DNA of 63,764 nucleotides, filler included, from Hyphochytrium catenoides (Eukaryota; Protista; Hyphochytriomycota): NCBI GenBank assembly GCA_900088475.1. It is 6 parts of 6 records of this genome, joined end to end, with 100 filler letters (N's around TTAATTAATTAA, not from the genome) between each part and the next. Parts side by side here need not be neighbours in the genome. Positions count along the whole stretch, not along the records: positions 1 to 27,986 come from FLMG01004320.1; 5 more parts are not named here. One strand, 5' to 3'. Of the stretch, positions 11,554-24,400 are shown one piece after another. Every line of letters starts with the position of its first letter. Position 1 is the stretch's first letter. The notes beneath the pieces are model-generated. The model was not told the DNA's origin, did no database searches, and worked only from the letters and a program-made list of their open reading frames with translations. The translations under genes were made by a program, and so were the position numbers.

Positions 11554-14500
11554 GTTGAAAACATTCGGGCTGAAAAGAAGAGCGGGGTCAAGGAAAGAGA
11601 GAAGAAGAAAGGACAGAGATGGAGAGAGCTAGATGAAGAGAGACAGGAAGAGAGAGACGATAGAGCTATTGAGAAGACAGCAAAGCGAGGGACTCATAAT
11701 GAACCTTATAGATAGCCTGCTCCATTTCCTGCGCCAGTCTCTCTTGCTCTTGCTCGAGAGCTTGCAGTCTGATAGACATTCTATGAATCTCCTTCTCCAT
11801 CTGACGCACTTCTGCTTGGCCCACTTCTGGATCTAGCGCCGTCTAGTGAGACAAAACCGTTGGAAGATATGAAGGTAATGGTGTGAGGAATGTGTGAGGA
11901 AGGGTAGAGAGCGACGGAAAGACTGTGAGAGCGAGAGATGAAGGGTGCTTGTGAGAGAGAGAGAGACGAGTGAGAGAAGGGGGGAGAGAGGGAGAGAAAG
12001 AAAGAGAAAGAGCCAGCGCAACCACTAAGAGAAAAGGGAGAGGGCAAGAAGCTTGTGACTATGACACAAAGCCGAGGATGTACTGTCTCTCTATTCCGTC
12101 GCCTTACCTGAGTCTCTTTCTCCAATAAAATCTTCTTCTCCCAGAGCATGATCTGTCTTTCTGTCTCCAGAATCTCATCAATCAGGTTCTTCTTCTGCAT
12201 CTTCACCGCTTCCACTTGCTGCTCCAGCGCTGCACTCTCTCCCTCCAACTCTTTCAGTTCATTGACAAACTCAAGCTCGAGCCCGAAGTTAGTGTTAGAG
12301 AGATTCTCCTTCAAGCTCGTGTTCTTGGCGATGAGCTCATTGAGCTTGACCATGTCCGTGTGCAGGCCTCCCAAGCTGTTACGCAGTTCACGGATCTCTG
12401 GAATGGTCGTACAAACGAAAGAGTGAGATAGAGGGAGATAGAGAAGGGGGGCCGGGGAGAGAGACGGAGAGAGAGAGAGATGGAGCGAGAGGGAAAGAGA
12501 AGACGAGGACGAGCAAGAAGTTTGGCATAAGATTGGTGATGGGAGAGAGCGACGTAAGAAGAGAATTCAGGCTGAGGGGAGAACAGCGTGACAGGAGGAG
12601 GGAGGGGCGAGAAAATTGAACAATGGAGGCAGCACCAGGCGAACAAGAGGGCTGACACAAGGAAGAAATAGAGAGAGGGGAAGAGACACAATGCGAAACT
12701 CTCTCTTAAGCCCGACGCCAGAAAGATGTTCTCACCGCTCTGGGCATGACTGATGGACTGCAGTAGGCGAAGCTTCTTCTGTTGCATCACATTCAACTTG
12801 CTGTTTAGCTGGTGGTTCGTCTCCGTCACCTTCTCACTCTCTGCTGACAGATTCACCTGGACGCCGCGGGAACGAAGTAACGAGAGAAATAGTAAGTGAG
12901 ATGAGCGCGAGGGCTGGGAATTGAGGAGAGCGAAAGGAAAGCAGAGAGGCACACAGAGAGCTAAGAGATAGATTGAGAGAAAAGAGCGGGACAGGGACAG
13001 AGAAGAGACAGAGAGAAACAAGGAGAGAGAGAGAAAGTGAGTGTATGACAGAGAGGAAGAGTGAGAGAGAGAGAAGTGCGTGTGAGAGAGAGAGAGAGAG
13101 AGAAGGTGAGGAGAGAGAGACAACAACAGACAAAGAGAGAGAAGAGCTGATGTACCAGGTTGGTCTGTGTGTTAAGCCACTCGCGCTGTAGGTTCTGATT
13201 GTCCTCTTGAGTTGTCTGGATTTCCTTCTGCAACGCTTTGATCTGTGCCTCGAAGGGACCAGTCTCCGGTCCTTCCGCCATATTTGCCACCAGCTGCTCG
13301 TACTTTCGGTTCAACCGTGCCACGCGGTTCATCTGATTGGATGGAAAGGATGTCGGTCAAAGAGAGAGAGCGCAGAAGAGAGAGAGACAGAGCAGAAGAG
13401 AGAGAGACAGAGCAGAAGAGAAAGAGAATGGGAGAGAGGGAGTTAGGAGGAGAGAGAGAAAGAGACACAAAGAGCGAGCGAGAGGGATAGAGCTGAGCGA
13501 GAGACAGAGGGAGAGGGAGAGAAGTGAAGAGAAACATAGCGGAACGAGGGGGCCAGAAGAGCAAGAAAAGGCGCCGAGAGAGACACTGAGAAAGAGAGAG
13601 GGAGAGAACGGGTCCAATCCTTTCAAGGTACCTTCTTTTCAATCTCATCATTTCTCTGGCGGACCTCCAGCTCCGCTTTCTCTATCCTGCTCTCTCTCTC
13701 CTTCAGTTCCGCAACTGACTTATCCAGGACCTCCTTCAGCTGCACAGAGTGAGCCTCCGTGTTCAGAGCATCCACTCTCAGTCGCGCCAGCTCGTTCTGA
13801 AGAGACGCGCGCTCTATCTCTTTCTCGTGCACTTTCTGCTGGACCTGCACTGACGCCTTGAAGAGGTTGCGAGACGCCTTGTCCGCTAGAAAGGGCAAGC
13901 GCATCGCGAAAAATTGAAAATGAGAGTGATAGGGAAGCAACGATAAAAGAAAATGGGGATGGACATACAGAAAACGAGCAAGTGAAAGACACGGAGAGAG
14001 AGAGAGAGACAGAGAGAGAGAGAGAGGGAGAGGGAGAGAGACAGAGAGAAAACAGGGAGAGGAAGAATGGGTTAATTTCGAAAACTAGCGCTCTCTCCCA
14101 GTCCCTTCCAGATTCAGATGTCTTTCAACTCGTTCCTCTTTCTGCCAAAGCTTTGCGGCCATGGCGCACCTCTATTTCTGTCCTTCCTCTCTGTCTGTCT
14201 GTTCTTCTCCCTCCCTCTCTCTCTGTCTGTCTGTGTCTCTCTACCTTCGTTTTTGTTCTCTCTCTTCTCAGTTCATCTCCCTTACTAACGGAAGGTCCCT
14301 TACCTGTCATTCTTTCATTCTTGATTGCCAGAATGTCCTCCTCCACCCTCTGTCTCTCTCTGTGGACGACTTCAATGTTCTTCTCCACTGCCCCAACTTC
14401 GTGCTTCAGCGTCTGTGTATGTGTCACAATCTTCTGCGCCTCTTCCTCTGTCTGAGAGAGAGACTTCTGCAGCATCTCATACCTCTCAGCCAATCGCTCT

Positions 14501-16237
14501 CTCTCCCCTCTGATCTTCCCTAGTTGGTCGTCCACATACTTTATCTCCGCTTCTATCTTCTCCTTGGTGGCGACCAGCTTTTCATTCTCTTCTTGCTCTT
14601 TCTCTATTGACTTCTTGTAACCTTCCACTTCCGTCACCGACACGAGGATCTCTTCTTGCTGCTTCCTGATGGCTGCCTGGGTGGCCTGTAGCGCCTCATC
14701 GCGCTTCTGCATACCTAGAGCGACACAGAAAGAAAGATACAGTGAGGACAAGACAGAGAGAGAGAGAGAATGAGAACGAGAGAGAGAGAGAAAGCGACAG
14801 AGACAGAAAAGTGATAGCATGAGGTTATCCTCTCGTATTTCTAGAAGCTTTGGACGAAGAAGAAAGGAGAAGTGAATCGTTATCTCTCTGTCTCTTCGTC
14901 TCACCAATAAGCGAGCTCTTCCACTGCTGGAGAAGCTGCTTTTTCTCAAAGGCGATTGCTTCCATTTCTTTTGCTGCATTGGTTAAGGTTTCCTGAGCGG
15001 CTGCTGTTTCCTACGGATGCAAGACAGACTTCAGAGAGAAAAATGACACAGAGAACGACAGAGAGAGAGAGAGACCATTGACGGAGCGAGAAGCCTGGAG
15101 ACTCTGTAGAGCCAGTGTGGAGCCAAGGCAGAAGAAGGAAGATAGGCTAAGGAAGTAAGAAGTATGAGATGGGCTTAGCCAAGGAAAGGAAGGGAAAGTC
15201 AGAGATATGATATCAACCTCCCCCTCGTCTCAGCCCTCAATCAAGCGCCTTCCCCTTTCCTCACCTTCTTCTGAGCGTTAATTTGTCCCTCATAAAGTGC
15301 AAGCTGCTCTTGCAAGCCCTTAAGCTGCTCTGTCAGGGTAAAGATATAGAGATCCTGCATAGATAGAGTGAGGGAGAGAGAAGGAAAGAGTATCAGGAAA
15401 ACAGTGGACTGCCCGAGCGAGAGACAGACACATTGGTAAAAAGAGGGAAAGAGGGAAAGCGAGAGAGAGAGAGAAGAAGGAAGAGGGACAGAGAGGAAAA
15501 GCGGAAGAGAGAGAAAGAAAGAGAGAGGGAGAGAGATAGTACTGGAAGACAATGCTGATACCTGCTTCTCCTTGGTCTTCTCCAGCCCTTGGACATTCTC
15601 CTCTGCCTTGTACGCTGCTCTTCTAGCGGCCTCCAGGTCTGAGGCAATCTGCTCGTTAAACTGCTCCACCTGACGCAGCGCCACGTTCAGAGAGTCCAAC
15701 TCTGACTTCGTCTTGTACAGACGCTTCCGCCCTTCCTCCACTGTCCCTTGCTTGTCTAAAGCCGAAAGAGCATCCAGGATAGCGAGAGAGACGGGAAGAG
15801 TTAGAACCAAGAGGCAAGAGCAGTGGCATGGTATATTCAGAGAAAGAGCAAGGGCAAGAGATGCAATAGAAGGAAGAGTGAGGTGACAGAGTTAGGAGAA
15901 GGGAGATGCAGAAAGAGCAGAAAGGGTAGGAGCTTTGGATAGGTCATCAGAGTATTAGGAAAAGAGGCGCACCGTCGAATGTGGTTCTCAGAGATTTGGC
16001 TGTATCTTCAGCCTGCTCTCTGAGGTCTGCGAGTGTGTTGAAGGCGAGATGACTCTCCTCTAAAGTCCCCTGGAGCTTCGCCAGCTGCTGTTGCAAACCA
16101 TAGAGCTCCACGCCTACGTCCTCTCGCTTGTTACGCAGCCTGGCTCAGAAAAGAAGGGAAGGCAAGTTTTGGGGAGGAAGAAGAGATGGTGCAGACAATG
16201 TGAGGAAGGGACAGAGAGACACACAAGCAAGAAGAGA

Positions 16238-16268
<31 letters not shown>

Positions 16269-16895
16269 CAAAAGAGAGAGAGAGAAAAGAGAGAGAGAGG
16301 CTGTCAGATAAAAGGGATCGGCAAGAGGGAGTGTGTCGGTGAAGGATGAAGCAACAAAATTAGAGATGGGCTGAGGGCCCTTCGGACTCTCTATTCCTTC
16401 ATTCTTCTCTCACCTTTTCAGCTCTTCTTCTCTGTCCTTCAGCTCCTCGACAAGCGCCTGACGCTCGGCTGTCAACTGGCTTCTGAGCGCCGATTGCACG
16501 CGATCCAGCAGTGGATTTCCGTTCATGTCTCTCACGAGCTGCTCGGGGTCGATCTCTTCGTCTTCCTCCTCCTCCTCCCGCCGAGGAGTAGGGGTCGGCG
16601 CTGTGCGGGGTGGTGGCGTGGCGACATTGCTGCGAATGAGAGTCAAAGAAAGAGAGCCAGAGGAAAAAATGAGCTTACGAGTGGGAGACGCGCGCCCATG
16701 ACATGGAAGCCCCATGGTAAAAGCGCAAGCGAGAGAAGAGACAGGAACGGGTTGACCCATTCAATCAAGAGGGATAGAGAGATTCAAGCTAATGCTAAGA
16801 GAGCGGATTAGGACAGCGGTGCTTGGAATACGCTACAACCTGTCGCTTCCTTCTTGCTCCTCAGTGGTACCGCGTGCTGGGTTTGGACTGTCCAT
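10260..16895 (-). CDS. CCDC40: Coiled-coil domain-containing protein 40 (axonemal ruler, FAP172), ~15 exons
   Basis: Spliced exons give KREDVGVELYGLQQQLAKLQ, RRAAYKAEE, QDLYIFTLTE, EKKQLLQQWKSSLIGMQKRDEAL, LQREWLNTQTNLV, ETERQIMLWEKKILLEKETQ and EVRQMEKEIHRM. TGA stop at 10260-10262. Start at 16895 (MDSPNPARG) is tentative. Confidence 0.9.
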
Positions 16896-19441
16896 CCTTC
16901 TGTCTTCTAGCCAGTCGACTGGCTGCTCTCCTAGGGCTCCTTGATCTTCAATCTAATGTTTCTGTACGTTTCGATGGATCTATCTGTGCAGATGCGGTTT
17001 TGCACTTCTCCCTTCTGCTGCTTGCGACCAAAACAATTTGGAGCGCTGCTCGGCTTCTGACCTTTCTTCCTTTCACTGCCGCTGTGGAGCTCCTTTCTCC
17101 TTGTTCTCAGCTCATTCTTTCTGCCTCCATTGGCATTCCCCACTCCATCCGTGACTTTCGTTGCTTGACCCTATACTTGCCTGACCCACATCCCAGCACC
17201 GTTCGCCGCCCTTCTTACTTTGTCCTTCACGGCTCATCTCTCGTTCGTCCCCTTCGCGTCCTCTCTCTCTTCTCGCGCTTCCTCTCTTTTCTCTCTCTTC
17301 CTCTCGTCCCTCACTTTCTGTGTCTCTTTCTCTCTCTCTCTCTCTCATCATCCCCTTTCTCTCTTCCTCTCTCTCTCTTCGGCCTACTCTGACTGAAGCT
17401 CATGAGCCTCACAGCTGCACTTCCGAAGGTTGATGACCTGCCCTGTGTCCACTTCGCACTGAAACCGCTCCAAAAGTTACGGCGAAAGGTATCCGAGTAA
17501 GAAACATTCAAAAGGTTTCACGCGTGTCATAGGAAAAACACCTACCTTGCCCCTCCATGAAAGAATCGCAACTATTTTGATGAAGCTTTCACAGTGACCG
17601 CTAACGACCATAAACATTTGGAAGCTGAGCGCGACCACTTTTCTTCGTTATGATGATGAGTTCTGCAGACCTGAAGCTCATCGAGCTTCCTGACACCCAG
17701 GACATGCTGAGGCGGGCGCTGTGCTCAACGCGATCACGCTGTAGAAGCAAGGCCGCCGAGTGCCGGGCGCTGGGTCCAGCAGAGGATGATGAGCTGTGAA
17801 GGAGCTTGTCAAGGGCGAAGCCACCAGCAGCAGGACGGGCTTTCTCAACAGTGAATGGCTGGGGACACGAGATTGTATGTCGTGTGTGTTCATGGCGTGA
17901 AGGCGATACGAAGGGCAAAGTCAGAGAGGTCCCTGCGCTGACCCGACTTCGCGGTGGCTTTGATTGCAAAGTTCTAGACTCTCTAGCCAATCTCAGAAGA
18001 CCGTTGAGATGGTTTTTAGCTTACAGATTGGACCTTGGTGAGCATCGCGAAATGAGGGCTCACTATATGGAGTTGTTAGTGAATGAAAGAGCTCAGAGGT
18101 TCCATGTTCAAATCTTTAGGGCCCTATCGGTCAAGCGTCCGCTGCCATCTTATTTCAAGCTAGGAAACATTCAATGCTTTTGAACTGATGAGAAGAAAGG
18201 AAGAAAGAAGTAGAGCTGTAGCACTCACGGGTTCTTATCGCCTACCTTCACACATGGGTGAAGGTAGCTATCCTTATCTCTCTCGCTATTCATTTTGCTG
18301 TTGAGTTAATGGGAGACGGTGTTGCTGGTAGTGCGAAGATCTGGCCGGGACTACCTGCCAATCGTTAATCTGCTGGGTGGTGCGGATCTTACTTAGGCCT
18401 TTGTAGCTTCTACTATTGAAGTCAGAAAGTGAAGCTACTGTCGAAGGAGTGCTGGTGCTTCTTCTTAGAACCGTCATCATAATCGACCGCTATGGTGGAT
18501 GGAGGCGCACCTTCATTAACACCTTGGGAAGTACCAACAGCTCTTTCTAGCGGTGGCATGATAGAGGCATCAACGCTGGACCCGCTTTATGTTTTACGTT
18601 ATGAAGCCTCCAACCAGAAGCAATTATGACAGCTCATCAGTCTCGTCCATAAGTAAAGAAGCTAAGCTCCCTATCGTCTAGCAAAGCAAGAACAGATGAA
18701 GACAGATCTCTTTTTGACTCCCGCTGGTGGATAATATCTACCACTCGCATGGCCCCGCTTGTTGCTAACATTCTATCACCACTGAGAGGAGAGGAAAGTG
18801 CAACCCATTGAAAAAAGAGCTCAGTAGTAGTTGGAGTCTTTACGTACAGACGTAGTGCATAAGCAAGGGTTGACCAATCGGAACCGTCAGAGGTATTGAG
18901 CTGGATGAGAGCTAGCCGAACCATCACAAGCGATAATCCGAGATTGTCTCTTACAGCGAAGGCCCTCCCAAGGAGACGTCATCGTATATCTTCGTACCAC
19001 GCTAATGAGCATTGTATGCCATGACCGTAGGCTTCAGGTGCCTCCGCCCTGGCCTCTGCTTCACACCGACACCATGGAATCAATCTTGTCGATCATCATC
19101 TGGCCGGCGCAAGGCAGAACTCAGTACAGCCGCGGGAAGCGAGAACTTAATATAGCCGTGTGGCCTCCAAAAGCGCCCAGCAAATAGGCCTTCAATTGCG
19201 CACATTGTAAGGGAGAAGGGGTGAGATTGATGGAACTGCTGGTGCCCTGGTCCCGCTAATTCGGACTCCGATGGCATGGGCGCTTTGCACGAGGACCGCT
19301 TGACGTGCTAAAGGAAGAAGAAAGATCTCCCTCCACAACTCCCAAAGGCGCCTTCTATCCCGGGCTCTATCTTCCGTCTATTCAACCAACAAACAAAGCT
19401 ATCCATTGCTTCTTTCCTTTCCATCAGTCCTCCTTCTCCAT

Positions 19442-20740
19442 CTAGTCCTCAACTTCCGTGCGTGACCTTTCTTCCTCCTGCACTTGCTCTGGGTTGGCTG
19501 AGCTGATGAGGTTCACTCCTAACAAAATCACACAGGCACCGAGCCACCACTGCAGGGAAAGGTTCTCCTGGAAGAGAACACAAGCAAAAAGACCCTACAT
19601 AACAATGAAGAGCGAAAGATCTATCAATGAGGAAGGGCAGAGACAAGACTGATGGCTCAATGAGCCCTAAAAATTGGCAGAGCACGTGGACGAGGATATA
19701 GAGAGGTTGTCTAGGCCGAAGAGAGAGAATGTATCTGTACTACTTCTAAAAAAAAAGCTCCAAGGTAGCAGAATATCCTAGACAGCAGAGATAATCAAGC
19801 CACCTTACCCTCCTTACCGCTTACCGTCATGAGGAAGTTAGCAGAGCTATTGATAACAGTGGCAGGAAGAGTTCCCATTTCTTGAAGGGATTGTACGAAG
19901 AAGGAGAGCATCAGCCCGTTGCTCAACAGCATGAGGCCGTACAATGACGCGCGGACGGCAATAGAGAGGGAGGAACAAGGAAAGAGAGAAGACGGAGGAC
20001 TGTGCACAGCACAGAAGTCAACTAGATATGACGAGAGACTGGAGTCCGTCTCGGACGTAAGCTTCATCGCCCAGGTCAACACGAGAAAGGCCCCGATATG
20101 GGACAGCAAGCGAGGCGAGGAGAAGAGAGGGCGGGAGCAGACGAGTAACCAGAGAGAGAGTGGATGACGGCGGTAATTGAACCTGGCATTAGTATTTGCT
20201 CCTGTTAGAATAGGTAGAGAGAAAGAGGTAGAGGAGGAGAGAGAGAGACGGAGAGAAGGAGAGAGAGAGGGAGGTAGGAGAGAGAAAGTTGCAGCTTAAA
20301 GAGGATCCGATAAAGAACTGAGGCAGCAGAAGCGTTTGAAAGCGAGATAGCGTGGTAGCGATGGCTCCGGAACGCTTATATTGAGCACTAGTCAAGGCCG
20401 CCAGAATAGCAGCTTACCTTGCCAAAGACAGAGGATAATGCCGCCAAGGAACCACTAAGGATGGGCTTAACATAGCGTGGAGACAGTCTGCGAGAGCGGC
20501 AGAAGTTTGTAAGCAATCAAGAGTACATGTAAGACAATAAATGTATGACAGCGACGCCAGGAGCTATCATACAAACACAAGGAGCTGAGCTTGAACGTGA
20601 AGAACGCCTGACCTTCTCTGCTTTGCGAAGGCCTGGGAGGAGTCGGAAGCTAAAACGAAGCCATCTGATGGTGGTTTTTCCTCTCCCCTTCCCGCCAGCC
20701 CTGACTCTGTCGTTCTACGTCGTCTTGCCACGCCAAACAT
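19442..20740 (-). CDS. TMEM42: TMEM42-like small multi-pass membrane protein (EamA/DMT-like), 4 exons
   Basis: Spliced: MFGVARRR...RRLSPRYVKPILSGSLAALSSVFGK | ...YGLMLLSNGLMLSFFVQSLQEMGTLPATVINSSANFLMT | GLFACVLFQENLSLQWWLGACVILLGVNLI... TAG stop at 19442-19444. Confidence 0.75.
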
Positions 20741-21483
20741 ATCTGAAATCTTTACACTCTGGTATGGGAAGGATCGTCTGCCCACGGTTGGACCACGACC
20801 AATCTCTTCAAACGGCTACAACGCTCTGTCCATTCCTCACTGTCCTCATATTATTGCTCTTCAGCTCTGTCTCCTTCGTCTCTCCAACCTCGGTGTCTGC
20901 AAGTTTGGCGGTGGAAGCAGAGGCCCAGGCAGAGGCCAAAGCGGCGTCGCTGGGACGATATTCAGAAATCTTCAACAACAGATGCCAGCTTAATAGCCGC
21001 TAACGGGTTGCAAGAGAGGACGGTAACGTCATTCCGTGATGGGATGCTGTTATTACCTTAGGACTTTGTCTTTGTGGAAGCTGCGGGAGAAGGAAGAAGA
21101 ACGACGATGAAGAGCTGCCAGATCTGCTGATGAGAAGCTCAGAGCTGAGGGATGCGACTGAGGAGGAGGAAGGACGAGGGAGCTGCTATCCAGAAGAGAA
21201 GAGGAGTGACGAGAAGCAGAGAGATTGTGCCACAGGTACAAGAGCCCACTGCTTAGGGATCGGCGGCAGAGAGAAAGAGACAGGGGCGCGGAAGGAGAGA
21301 GAGAGAGAGGGTTATGGGGAGAGAGGGAGGAAGGAGCAAGACAAGAGAGAGGAAGGGACAAAGCAGTGCTTCTTCTTGTCTGGCATCTGGCCAGTGATTC
21401 TCCATGTTCGGTCCCCTCAGCGCCGTGCGGTAGCCGTCATGCCATCGCACCTGATCGCTCTCTCATACATATAGTCCCCGACC

Positions 21484-24400
21484 ATGGCCAACAAGAGGAG
21501 GAAGCAAGCTCAACCTGTACGCCGTGCGCGTTCAGCTGAGTTAGAAGAGGAACCTCAAGCCACAGTGGCTCCTCCTCTGATCGGTCGAAAGAGGAAAAGA
21601 AATCGAGTACCTGTTGGTCCTCAGCTCGTTTCTCCTCCCGCTGGAGCAGCCGAAATAGACAAGAAGTACTACTTCGTCGGCTCTCTTCCTCTTCCTTCCG
21701 TGATCTCTGAACTTGCGAGCCGGATGGAGAGAACAAACGAAGATCAGGCAGTTGAGAGCTACGCCTTTCTTTTCCAGGCAGGAGAAGCCACTGAAAATGG
21801 GGAAAGCGAGTTCACAGTGCTCAAGAGAGGCGTAGGAAGAGATGAAGCCCTCTGCAGCTTTGACTTCAACGCCTTTCCCTTCTCCTCTGCCGTAGGTAGA
21901 GAAGGAAGGCAAGCGATTGATAGGCTTCTTACGTCAAGGGCTGTTTATTGGTCTATCACCGCAGCGCATGGGGATGGAACAGAGACGGAGAGAAAGAAAG
22001 ATGGAGATCACGAGGAGAAGCAGGGAGAGAGAGGACAGTGCCAGGAGGAAAAAGGCAACGGAGCTCTCCTTGTCTCCGTCTTTGTCTCAAAGTCACTAGT
22101 GGACAGACCGCTAGGAGAGGAGCTTCCTGTTCTTCCCCGGAAGCAGCAGTACAGAGACTGTAGGCATCTTATGAAGCTCCTCTATCCTTCTCTGCCTATT
22201 TTCTTCTCTTCTTCCGAAGACAGAGAAGGCCCGACGCCTTCGTCCTTCTCCTTCCATCCTCCTTCGTTCTATGAGAGCGTCAGAGCCCCAAGCGTCAGAC
22301 TGCCACAGGGAGAAGTGCTTCATACTCCTCCTCAGCTGATCCCTACTTTGAGGCCATATCAGCAGGCAGCTGTGAAGTGGATGCTAGAACGGGAGGGCGG
22401 AGGACGAGAGAACGTCGAGGATGGCTTAGAATCGCAAGGTAAAGAGGGAAGACAAGATGGGGAAGAAACGGACTCTGTAGAGCTCTCAGGAGCTCCTGTC
22501 TGGTTCTCCGTAGGAAGCTCAAGGAAAGCAAAAGAGACGAGCTTCACCAGGAAGCAAGATAAAGACCCAATGCTTCCCTCTAGACACCCAGAAGCGCTAT
22601 CGGGAAGAGAGAGGAATATACTCAATGAGCACAAAGAGACTAAAGGACAGGAGGAGAAGGGGCTATTCTACAGTCCATACACCGGTGTTTTCCGCACTTC
22701 CCTTCCTGGCCCTCTTCGAGTGAGCAGAGTTCAAGGAGGTATTCTTGCAGACGAGATGGGGCTTGGGAAGACCGTCGAGACTCTTGCACTTGTTCTCTTT
22801 CACCAATGGCAAGGAGAGGGAAGGGAAGAAGAAGCTGCTGAAGGAGAGAGAACGGAACGAAAGAAAAAGGAGAACGGTGCTCTTGATACGGTACAGAAGG
22901 GAGACAAGAGGGAGGAGAATCGTAAGGATTCGAAAGCCGAAGGACCCGAAGATCTTACCATATCCGAAGAGACAGATGAGGCGCTTGAATCACGCGGGAG
23001 AGGAAAAAAGTGTGCCGCTATTTCGGGAAATAGTGCCCGGAGGAAGAGGAAAGAGAATCAAAAAGACAACTATTGCATTTGTGGCCAGGAAGTGGACTTT
23101 GAGAGCCAGAACATCGTTTGCTGTGAGGGCTGTCAAGTGCCTCAACATCTGCAGTGCTCGATCTATGGAGATGAATCGGTCAGCTTTGCCCCTCAGGGTT
23201 TCACCTGCCTTCCTTGTTTATCTCTCTCCTCAGCTTCCCCTAGACGTTGTGGCGCCACACTTATTGTCACCCCCACCGCGATCTTGGAGCAATGGATCTA
23301 CGAGATAACGAGGCATACAATTCCTGGAGCTGTCAAGATTGCGGTGGGTAGAGACGAGAGAGAGAGAGAGAGAGAATAGGGGGGCGAAGCCCAACAAAAG
23401 TTGCTAATTAGAGAAGGAGTAGGATGGGTCAAGTTCTGTTAGCAGGCGCGATGTGACAGAGTAAAGGAGGCGGAGTTGAGGCAATGGTAGACAGTGCGTC
23501 AGAAAGGAGGTCTAGATGCCACCCTCATTCAAAAATGGATAGATCCTCTCCTTTGCTGTCAATACACTCGTTCTTCCTTTAATTCTCTGGCCCTACAGGT
23601 CTATGAAGGAGTGAAGCACACAATAGAGAAGGCACGACGAGACCCTGAGGCTCTGCGTTACCTCGACCCAAGGCTACTGGCAAAGTATGACGTTGTAATA
23701 ACCACGTAAGTCAAGAAGTTCTTGAGCGCATTACTTGTGGCATTAGTTGATGCACAGTATCTCTGACTGACCCTGGTCTCGTCCACGTTCTCGCTGGCGC
23801 TCACTCTTTCTCTCTTTTCGTGTGTTCTCATTGTTGTCCCTCTCTCTTCTGCCTTCTTGCTCTGGGCATCGCCGGTGCCCACCTCATTCACGTACGTCCA
23901 GCTATGATTACCTTCGCGCAGACCTCTATCACACAGACACAGAGGTCAACAAGAAGGCTCTTCGCTACTCGAAAAGATACAGACCAGTGCCAACTCCTCT
24001 CCTGGCCCTTTCGTGGTGGCGCGTCTGCCTTGATGAGTGCCAAATGGTAGAAAGCACATCTGCAAAGGTGGCTGAAATGGCCCTTCGCCTGCAGACGAAG
24101 CACAGATGGTGTATAAGTGGCACGCCCATTAAGGTCCATTTTATAGTGCCACTTTCCTCAAGGTTTCCTAGGGGTTCTACAAGGCCCATGTCTCGTCTCA
24201 CATCTTCATATCTACTTGCTCAACGATTCCACTCCCTCTTGCCTCGTTTCCCCTTCTTCGTTGTTAATGTCTGATCCTACGTAATCTGGCGGAGCGTCTT
24301 CTATGGGTGTGGCATTCTCTTTTGGGAGAGAGATCATTCCCTAACCGATTTGTGTGGAGTTCCTCGGTTCTTACTTTCCCTTGTCCTGCTCAATCATTTG

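Noticed and set aside
17488-17496. U12-like donor GTATCC (also ATATCCTT near 8040, 40360 and 48648)
   Set aside because: Incomplete consensus, wrong strand or no gene context, and no matching CCTTAAC branch point.
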